DNA from: an uncultured Bacteroides sp.
GTDB lineage: Bacteria > Bacteroidota > Bacteroidia > Bacteroidales > GCA-2748055
Reading direction: 5' to 3'
DNA: 64,000 bases
Assembly: GCA_964500835.1 (NCBI GenBank)
Contig: CAZCQL010000014.1
Span: forward strand, 3,029-67,028
Shown: positions 10,087 to 17,656 of the stretch, piece by piece
Layout: every line of letters begins with the position of its first letter
Numbering within the stretch: the first letter of the stretch is position 1
Notes under the pieces: model-generated
Told to the model about the DNA's origin: nothing
Seen by the model: the letters and a program-made list of their open reading frames with translations, nothing else
Databases searched by the model: none
Position numbers and translations under genes: made by a program

Positions 10087-11874
10087 ATGAGAAAAATTAC
10101 TATTCGAACTAGTATTATTGCAATATGCATGTTTATTGGGACTGCGCTTATTGCACAGGACACTGTTACCGTGGCTCAGGGACTTGGTACCCTGGAAGCA
10201 GCTATTGCTGCAGATGGCGGGGATAAGGTCTATAAGCTTACCGCCGGTGCCTGGTACGGGTTGACCTCTATTGTTGAGATTAGTGATTCCACCATGGGCG
10301 ATGGAAACGGGCTGGTCATCATTGGAGAAGAAACTGATGGTCTTCCTGCAACCATTCAGGTTGGTATCGATGGAGAAGGCCTGGCCTTCCCCTTGATGTT
10401 TAGAACATTCAACGATCTGACGATCAAGAATGTATTCCTGGCAGCGCAGGATATTTCAGGAGTTGCAAGCCCCGGTGTTATGGAAGTTGCCGGTATGGCG
10501 AAAATTGTTGTTGACAACTGCGTGATAGATCCTGCCGGTACGGCCCGCACGTTTAACGGTGGTGTACCTGCAAATGGATCCGTGTTTTATCTTACCAACA
10601 ACCTGATCATGAACAACGGTAACGTGAACACACCAAATGATGGGGGATGGCTGGGTGGCATGGCCTGGGATACGCTCTGGGTGGAAAATAATACATTTGT
10701 GTCTTCAGGTCAGGATTTCATAGGAACCCCTTTTCACAATGTACCCAACAACCAGTTTATCTGGATCAATCACAATACCTTCCTGTGGCACGATGTATGG
10801 ATTAAGAAGTCCTACAACGACCAGAATCTGTACTTCACAAACAACCTGATGCAGGACATCAGCATCTTTGCCCAGCTTTATGCATGGGGACAGTTTTTCC
10901 CCGATTACAAGCAGGGAAATACCATGCTCAGCCTGCTCGCCATCGACACTTTGGAGATGGGCGCCGACAGCGCTAACGTCTATGAGACTTTGCCTTCAGA
11001 GAGAAATATGTTCTGGGAGTATAACCTTCAGTGGAATACACCACAATTACTCTCTATTCCTAAGCTCGGGCAAGACAGCGGATTTACTCCCATTTACAAC
11101 ATCCCCATGATGTGGGACGATGATGTACCACTTTCTTATACCGGTGGCGTAGAGGTAGCTTCTCCGGCAGATTCAAGCAGGGAGAACCGGATCCTGGCTG
11201 ACAAAACCAACTGGCCCAATATGAAGTATAACAACAACTGGTACGATGCCCTGGGTGATCCAGGCTGGAATGAACCGATGATTGAGCAGATCAATGACAG
11301 CGTAAAGATGAACCTTACCAGCTGGTGGGGTGCTGTTATCTGGGGCAGTCCTGCATACACCTTTGTAGCACATAATTATAACTACGAAGTGGATAAGTGG
11401 GCCGGAACTCCCGTCGGGGAATACCCTGCAGTATGGCCACGATTTGACGGTACATACTCAAATGCAGCTATGTTGACTGCTTCCATTGAAGGTCTTCCGC
11501 TGGGTGACCTGAACTGGTATCCTGCTGAGAAAGCAAGGTGGATGGCTGAGAAAGGTATGATTGAAGACCATATTATGGCTCTGAATGAGGACAAATACGA
11601 ACTGGGACCTGGTGTTGGGATTCAGGATGTATCCAGTTCAGCTGCATTCTCCATCTATCCAAATCCTGCTAACGATGTACTAAACATTGCAAGCGACGCT
11701 GAATTGAATGTCGCCAAGGTGTTTGATGTAGCAGGGAAATTGGTGAAGGTAGTTCACATTGGTGGTGCATTTAGCAATGCCATGGATATTTCTGACCTGA
11801 ACAATGGAGTTTATATCCTGGAACTTGAAACAGTTACTGGTGAAACTAATACTTCAAAGATTCTGAAGAACTAG
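10087..11874 (+). CDS. T9SS-exported right-handed beta-helix protein (candidate polysaccharide lyase/hydrolase or binding protein)
   Basis: Signal peptide, repeated Asn-ladder-like turns (NNLIMNNGN, VENNTFV, INHNTF, FTNNLM), and a C-terminal Por/T9SS sorting domain (FSIYPNPANDVLNI...LNNGVYILELET...KILKN). Confidence 0.8.
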   Translation: MRKITIRTSIIAICMFIGTALIAQDTVTVAQGLGTLEAAIAADGGDKVYKLTAGAWYGLTSIVEISDSTMGDGNGLVIIGEETDGLPATIQVGIDGEGLAFPLMFRTFNDLTIKNVFLAAQDISGVASPGVMEVAGMAKIVVDNCVIDPAGTARTFNGGVPANGSVFYLTNNLIMNNGNVNTPNDGGWLGGMAWDTLWVENNTFVSSGQDFIGTPFHNVPNNQFIWINHNTFLWHDVWIKKSYNDQNLYFTNNLMQDISIFAQLYAWGQFFPDYKQGNTMLSLLAIDTLEMGADSANVYETLPSERNMFWEYNLQWNTPQLLSIPKLGQDSGFTPIYNIPMMWDDDVPLSYTGGVEVASPADSSRENRILADKTNWPNMKYNNNWYDALGDPGWNEPMIEQINDSVKMNLTSWWGAVIWGSPAYTFVAHNYNYEVDKWAGTPVGEYPAVWPRFDGTYSNAAMLTASIEGLPLGDLNWYPAEKARWMAEKGMIEDHIMALNEDKYELGPGVGIQDVSSSAAFSIYPNPANDVLNIASDAELNVAKVFDVAGKLVKVVHIGGAFSNAMDISDLNNGVYILELETVTGETNTSKILKN

Positions 11875-11908
11875 GTTTCTCTTGTAGAATACAAATTTTG
11901 CAATAGTA

Positions 11909-11945
11909 GAGTGGTCCATCTGCATTCAGATGGACCACTCTTTTT
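11909..11945. terminator. Bidirectional rho-independent terminator between convergent genes
   Basis: Perfect 13-bp stem GAGTGGTCCATCT / AGATGGACCACTC with a 6-nt loop, followed by TTTTT. It lies between the stop of 10087..11874 (+) and the stop of 11972..14752 (-). Confidence 0.75.
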
Positions 11946-11971
11946 GGTATGGAAACGCCGAATTATGGTAT

Positions 11972-14752
11972 TCAATCCTTTTCCTGCAGAGTAAGTTCCA
12001 CAAGGTATTCACCTGGACCATAGGTGCCGATCAGGCTAAAGCCATCTTTCTCCCGAATCCCTTTCACCTTCTTCCCGTTTAGTGTGATAGGTGCCTGGTT
12101 GCCATATGTGGGAACCTGGATGCTTCCCAGCGAGTTTCCAGGGATCACAATCTTCCAGTAAAGCTCTTTACTCCCTCCCTCCCATTCACTTACAATAGTC
12201 CCTGATTTGGACTTATAGCTGGCCGAAACCGATTTCATATAGCGGGTCAGGTAGGGCTTAAACTCAATCTGCTGAAAGCCCGGTCCGGCCACGGAGGGAT
12301 TGATCCCTCCAAGACCCGAATAAAACCAGGCATCAAAACCGGCCTGCATGGGATGGCTGTGGGAACTCAAATAGGCGTTTTCGCCGTAGGTATCGTTGCA
12401 GGGGAGCACTTCCCAGAGGGTAGTGGCATCAAAATGGTCCCACATAAAGGCAAAACTGTTGTTTCCTGTTTTGGTCAGTATCCGGTAGACTTCGTCTTCG
12501 TACCCATTCTCCGACAGAACTTTAAACACCCGTGCAAGCCCAAAAATACCTGTATTCACAAATCCGTCATACTCTTCCCTGATGTTTTTAATCACAGCCA
12601 TGCATACTTGCTTCTCCATACCCTCAGGAACGATATGCATATCCAGGGCCATCACATTAGCGGTCTGACTGCTTCCGTAATTATGTATTTCAGCATCAAA
12701 GAAGTGACGGTTAAAATCCAACTTCAGCTGCTCCAGCATCTCTGTATAGTGCTTGAAATCCGATTCATTTCCCAGTACTTCTGCCACCTGCTTCATGATG
12801 CTTACATCCAGAATGTGATAGGCAGTTGAACTCACGGGAACAGGACAATCTATATTTACATTCCCTCCAGGAGGGCACCAGTCGCCCAATCCATGGGGCA
12901 CAATCCCATCTTCACATTTGGCTTGGATGTACTCCACCCAAACCTTCATATCGGGATAAAAATCCTCAAGCAACATCTGTTCTCCATAATATAGATAGAG
13001 GTACCAGGGAATCTGTACCATGGCGGTTCCCCAGTCTGGCGTCGCCACCCCGCTGGTGCGTTTTCCGGGTACAATCATGGTGGGAATTCCTGCCGGTTTC
13101 ATCACCATGGAGCGGTCGTGAAAACTCTCCCCGAAATAGAGTTCTTTCTTCTCTTCCCTGCCGGAAGAACGCATATCAAACATATATTTTGAGAAGAAAC
13201 GCTGTGAATCATAGTTATAAATCATGGACTGGATCATGGCATGTGAATCACCGGTCCAACCACATTTTTCCCGGTGTGGACAATCGGTGGGAATGCTGTG
13301 AATATTACCGATGATGGTCCACCTGGAAAGCTTATGAAGTTTATTGATGTTCTCTTCCGAACATTGGAAATCCCCCACATCTGCTACAGCCGAATGAACT
13401 ACGATTCCGGTAAGTAATTCCTTAGATGGGGTCTCTTGAAGACCGTTTACCTCGGCATATCGAAATCCCATATAGGCAAAACGAGGTTCCCAAACCTCTG
13501 TGCCTTCCCCTTTGCAGGTATATTTCTCTGTCTGGATTACCTGGGTGGCCCTTTGCCCGGTTGTACGGGGATCAATGATTCCCCCGGTATCGAGCTCCTC
13601 TGCGGTGCGCACGGTAATCACCTGGCCGGCCTCTCCTTCTACTTTCAACATTAGCCATCCGGCCATATTCTGACCAAAATCAATAATATAAGTCCCATCT
13701 CCCCTGTCGATAATCTCTTTTACTTCTATTTGATCCATGACCTTAATGGGCTCGGCAAACTGTTCATACAGCATGACTGGATGTACTTCGGGGTGTTCTG
13801 GGGCATGCCACACTCCTTCAGGCTCGCCTGGTTCATTCCAGCCCTTGATTTCAAGGCGGGCATCGTAATGCTCTCCTCCATAGACATTGGAATAGGTGAT
13901 GGGGCCTGGACTCCATTGCCAGCTCTCGCCAGAACCAACAAACTCAAGTTCCCCATCCTTACTGTGAATAACAAGCTGGCAGATAAATACCGGCTGCCCA
14001 TAGGCCATGGGAGCGTATTCCGCCTGCCCTCTCCATACCTGGTTCTGATTGTACCATCCATTCCCCAGCATAATCCCCAGAGCATTCTCACGGGAAAGTT
14101 CAGAGGGATCGATATCATAAGCCGAGTAGTACGCGTAATCCTCATAATTGGTCTGTCCGGGATCCAGGACGCTCTCCCCAATCTTCTGTCCATTCAGAGA
14201 GGCCTCATAGTAGCCAGGCGCCGAAATGTAGAAACGGACAAAATCGATACCCTCCAAATCGGTCAATTCAAATTCTTTTCGAAACAAGGGCAAAGGTGCC
14301 TCCTCCCTATAGGCATAGGTAAGCCAATCTGCTTTCCAGTCCGACGGATAATCAAGGGGGACTACAAACCTTACCGTCTCGCTCCATGGAGTGAGATACC
14401 CATCCTGATCCCAAACCCTGATGCTTGCGTAGTATGCCTGCCCTCTTATAAGGCTACTCCCACCATATTCAATCTGTAAAGAGCTGCTTCCCTCTTTCTT
14501 TCCTGAGTCCCACAGATTTCCCTCGCCCCGGTTAATCAATGTCTGATCATCCGATACAATTATCTGGAAAGCTTTCTGAAGATAATCTTTGGCGGCTTCA
14601 ATTGTCTTCCAGTAGAAAATGGGACAGGTGCTGAGGTTGCTCATAAAAGTAACTTGTACTTCCTCTACTCTATTTGTTGTTCTATAGCATGCGGTTACTA
14701 GCACCAAGAGCAAAAGTGCAAGCGTTCTCCGGAAATCCCTGTATTTTCTCAT
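11972..14752 (-). CDS. GH78 alpha-L-rhamnosidase (copy 1)
   Basis: 926 aa with a lipoprotein-like leader. GH78 catalytic-domain signature IPTDCPHREKCGWTGD. The N-terminal bacterial rhamnosidase domain architecture is shared with the other two copies. Confidence 0.92.
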   Translation of the reverse strand: MRKYRDFRRTLALLLLVLVTACYRTTNRVEEVQVTFMSNLSTCPIFYWKTIEAAKDYLQKAFQIIVSDDQTLINRGEGNLWDSGKKEGSSSLQIEYGGSSLIRGQAYYASIRVWDQDGYLTPWSETVRFVVPLDYPSDWKADWLTYAYREEAPLPLFRKEFELTDLEGIDFVRFYISAPGYYEASLNGQKIGESVLDPGQTNYEDYAYYSAYDIDPSELSRENALGIMLGNGWYNQNQVWRGQAEYAPMAYGQPVFICQLVIHSKDGELEFVGSGESWQWSPGPITYSNVYGGEHYDARLEIKGWNEPGEPEGVWHAPEHPEVHPVMLYEQFAEPIKVMDQIEVKEIIDRGDGTYIIDFGQNMAGWLMLKVEGEAGQVITVRTAEELDTGGIIDPRTTGQRATQVIQTEKYTCKGEGTEVWEPRFAYMGFRYAEVNGLQETPSKELLTGIVVHSAVADVGDFQCSEENINKLHKLSRWTIIGNIHSIPTDCPHREKCGWTGDSHAMIQSMIYNYDSQRFFSKYMFDMRSSGREEKKELYFGESFHDRSMVMKPAGIPTMIVPGKRTSGVATPDWGTAMVQIPWYLYLYYGEQMLLEDFYPDMKVWVEYIQAKCEDGIVPHGLGDWCPPGGNVNIDCPVPVSSTAYHILDVSIMKQVAEVLGNESDFKHYTEMLEQLKLDFNRHFFDAEIHNYGSSQTANVMALDMHIVPEGMEKQVCMAVIKNIREEYDGFVNTGIFGLARVFKVLSENGYEDEVYRILTKTGNNSFAFMWDHFDATTLWEVLPCNDTYGENAYLSSHSHPMQAGFDAWFYSGLGGINPSVAGPGFQQIEFKPYLTRYMKSVSASYKSKSGTIVSEWEGGSKELYWKIVIPGNSLGSIQVPTYGNQAPITLNGKKVKGIREKDGFSLIGTYGPGEYLVELTLQEKD

Positions 14753-15028
14753 TATTTCTAAGATTATTAATGAGTTACTACCATATTACCATCTCTCTTA
14801 ATGTATCAGTATTCTCTGAAGAGAAACTTCATTTTCCTGAATAGCCTCAACAAAATATAAGCCTACCTCCCATGCTTCAACATCAAGCTAAATATTGAAA
14901 GCACTCACATCCATTTGGAGTATCAACCTGCCATGGAGATCAAGAATTCTCAATAGCTGCATAGCGTGAAGACCCCTTGCAACAGTAATGCTATGCAGTG
15001 CCGGATTGGGGAAGACTGTCACATTTGC

Positions 15029-16021
15029 CTAGGGCACGTGGGTTACATTTCTGTTGGGATCTGCCTCTGCCAGGTTGATCCCGTAAGCCCTGTTGATGTT
15101 TTCATAGTAAAACATTTCAGGAGTAAGGTCCTCCCTGCCTTCCAGGTATTGATCCAGCATGGCGATCATATCGGCATAGGATCCATGCATATCCGAGAGG
15201 GTCCAGTTACTACCAAAGATGACCCTCTCCGGTCCGAATGCATCAATAACCGGATCAATGAGGGGTTTGTAAACATCTGGATTGGTGGGTGCAGGGTCCC
15301 GATTGATCTGGGTATAGAGTGCGGATATTTTACAAAAGACATTGGGTTCTCTGGCAAATTCAGTGAGTCGCGCCACGTAATCACCGGGTGCTACCTGGCC
15401 TCCCTGCATCCTAACTCCTGCCAGGTGATTCATAATGATATTCATATTGGGAAAGCGCCTGGCAATGGCAGTTATCGTTTTTGGGTCCACACCATTTCCA
15501 CCCAGCTCCAGGACCAGGTTTTTCCTGGCCAGATGGGCAAAACTTGCCATAATGCTTGCATCTGCGATGTTGATGGTTGTGGCTGGCCTGATGCGGATTC
15601 CTCTGAATTTCTTATAGGTGCAGAGCGAATCCATATCTGCTACATAAAAGGGGTCACGAGGATCCAGGTTGGCAATAAATGCCACCAGGGCATTGGAGGT
15701 ATCCACATGTTGCATCAGCCAGAAATTGTCTTCTCGTCTCTGACTTGCCTCCACTACCACAGCATAGTCAATACCAGCCGGTGAAGCTGTCTCTACAAAT
15801 TGTTGCGCAAAATGTGGAAAGTAAATCTTCTTGTTAACTGTGGGATTCAGAAAGGTGCTGCTCCCTTCCCGACGGTTATCGTAGAGATGTATGTGGGTAT
15901 CAATCCGTGTTTGAATGGTATCATCATAATCCTGATCAATCTTTAAAGCTGATCCACGGCCCGGACTCTCAACAACCATAGCCACTAGTAAAATAAACAG
16001 GATCAAATCAAATTTCTTCAT
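15029..16021 (-). CDS. Amidohydrolase_2 (PF04909-type) metal-dependent hydrolase with signal peptide; candidate sugar-acid lactonase
   Basis: MKKFDLILFILLVAMVV is the hydrophobic leader. RIDTHIHLYD (HxH), NIIMNHLAG and the overall ~300-aa TIM-barrel pattern fit the COG3618 family, which includes L-rhamnono- and L-fucono-lactonases. Confidence 0.8.
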   Translation of the reverse strand: MKKFDLILFILLVAMVVESPGRGSALKIDQDYDDTIQTRIDTHIHLYDNRREGSSTFLNPTVNKKIYFPHFAQQFVETASPAGIDYAVVVEASQRREDNFWLMQHVDTSNALVAFIANLDPRDPFYVADMDSLCTYKKFRGIRIRPATTINIADASIMASFAHLARKNLVLELGGNGVDPKTITAIARRFPNMNIIMNHLAGVRMQGGQVAPGDYVARLTEFAREPNVFCKISALYTQINRDPAPTNPDVYKPLIDPVIDAFGPERVIFGSNWTLSDMHGSYADMIAMLDQYLEGREDLTPEMFYYENINRAYGINLAEADPNRNVTHVP

Positions 16022-16064
16022 AATCGCAAAATCATTATATAGTGAATCGTTCTTATGGTAATAC

Positions 16065-17537
16065 TTAGTCAGTTTTACACTTTGGACTTTGCACTTTACC
16101 CTCCCCTTTATAAAAGCTCCAATAATTTATGTTGTTTTTTTCAATTTCAAAACCCCATTTCTCGATATAAAAATCCTTTGGCTTAATCGTTTCCTCACCT
16201 ATTTCACTTAACTCCTGGCCCAATTGTCGCTCAAGATCTGCCTGGATATCTGTATATGCCGGATTCCCGGCCAGGTTATCCATCTGGTATGGATCCTCCT
16301 GGTCATCAAACAGCATGAAAGGTCCTTCCGGCGATACTGCATAGGTAAACCTTGCGGTCCGGATCCCCCTGTATTCACGATCATCCCAATTTACATCAAA
16401 GGGAGAGACATTCATCACCAGTGCAGCCCGATCGGCCTCAGGATCAGGATTCAACATTAATTTGGAAAGGTCATCTCCTTCTATGGTGTTGGGAATTTCA
16501 ATGCCACAAAGGGATAGCAGGGAAGGAAGAATATCGGGCGTGGTCAAAGGGGCCTTAACCCTGACTCCCTGATGGGACTCACCATCTGGTAGCCTGATTA
16601 GAAAAGGAACGTGTACAGATTCATTCCAGGCCAGTTGTTTTCTGTATGGCAATCTGCCATGGGAACCCATCATCTCTCCATGGTCGGCGGTGAAAACCAG
16701 GATGCTATTCTCCAATAAACCCAGGGATCTCATCTGCTCTACCATGGATCCAATGGCCAGATCGGTTGCGGTGCAATGTGCATAGTACCCCTGAATCTCG
16801 GGCAGGACTCTCTCATATAATTCTTCGGGTACATTGGGAGAGAACTTGATCTCAGAGGGTGGATACATCTCCATATACTCCTCCGGAGCCGAATTATAGG
16901 GAAAATGGGGTGTTGCAATGGAAATAAATAGCAGGAAGGGCTGCTGATCATCAGTGTGATCATTCATATAGGTCGTGGCCTCTTTGGAGATGGCAAAGGG
17001 AGAGTATCCGTCCCATGTTTTCTGTTCCGGATCCTCATTTTCATAGTAAAGCATATGGTTGTAGTCGTGGGAGCACTCGAGGGCCTTCCAGTATTCAAAT
17101 CCCTGCCGGCGTTCCGGCTCCACATTATTCAACCTTCCATGTCCGTCCAGGTGCCACTTTCCAATATAGGCTGTCTGGTAACCGGCTGATTGAAAGATTT
17201 CAGCCATACACAGCTCCTCAGCCGGCAGGTAGATGTCGTTCAGAATCATTCCGGTGGAAGATGGAAACCGGCCGGTTAACAACGATGCCCTGTATGGAGT
17301 ACAAACAGGTGATACACTTACCGCATTCACAAAATTTACAGCCTGATCAGCAAGTTGATCAAGCTGGGGTGTTTTTACATTGGGATTACCCATATACCCC
17401 AGAGCTGATGCTCTCCACTGGTCTGTAAGGATAAAAACAACATTTGGTTTATCTGGAGCTTTACAGCCCGAAAGAAGGAATAGGGCCAGAGCAGAACAAA
17501 GCAACAGATTTCTTCTCATTTTTGTTAAGTATTTCAT
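16065..17537 (-). CDS. S1-family sulfatase, lipoprotein
   Basis: Lipobox LLSGC, NVVFILTDQ, and active-site C-T-P-Y-R-A-S-L-L-T-G-R. Confidence 0.93.
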   Translation of the reverse strand: MKYLTKMRRNLLLCSALALFLLSGCKAPDKPNVVFILTDQWRASALGYMGNPNVKTPQLDQLADQAVNFVNAVSVSPVCTPYRASLLTGRFPSSTGMILNDIYLPAEELCMAEIFQSAGYQTAYIGKWHLDGHGRLNNVEPERRQGFEYWKALECSHDYNHMLYYENEDPEQKTWDGYSPFAISKEATTYMNDHTDDQQPFLLFISIATPHFPYNSAPEEYMEMYPPSEIKFSPNVPEELYERVLPEIQGYYAHCTATDLAIGSMVEQMRSLGLLENSILVFTADHGEMMGSHGRLPYRKQLAWNESVHVPFLIRLPDGESHQGVRVKAPLTTPDILPSLLSLCGIEIPNTIEGDDLSKLMLNPDPEADRAALVMNVSPFDVNWDDREYRGIRTARFTYAVSPEGPFMLFDDQEDPYQMDNLAGNPAYTDIQADLERQLGQELSEIGEETIKPKDFYIEKWGFEIEKNNINYWSFYKGEGKVQSPKCKTD

Positions 17538-17656
17538 CAGTAATTATTTAGTCTGTTTTCAGTAAATTGTTTACGCGCATCCAATCTGGGAGGTTTACTC
17601 CTCTCAACCGGGCGGTCTTATTCCTGAGTAAATACTCATTCTAGCGCATCGGCCTT

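Noticed and set aside
10087-11874. Whether the gene following the TonB receptor could be its SusD partner.
   Set aside because: It has no lipobox Cys and no TPR-like helical pattern. Instead it has Asn-ladder beta-helix turns and a T9SS sorting domain.
14957-14998. A 9-bp stem (CTGCATAGC/GCTATGCAG) downstream of the amidohydrolase gene, considered as a terminator.
   Set aside because: It has a 24-nt loop and no U-tract on the relevant strand, and the next gene of the array follows. It is not convincing as an intrinsic terminator.
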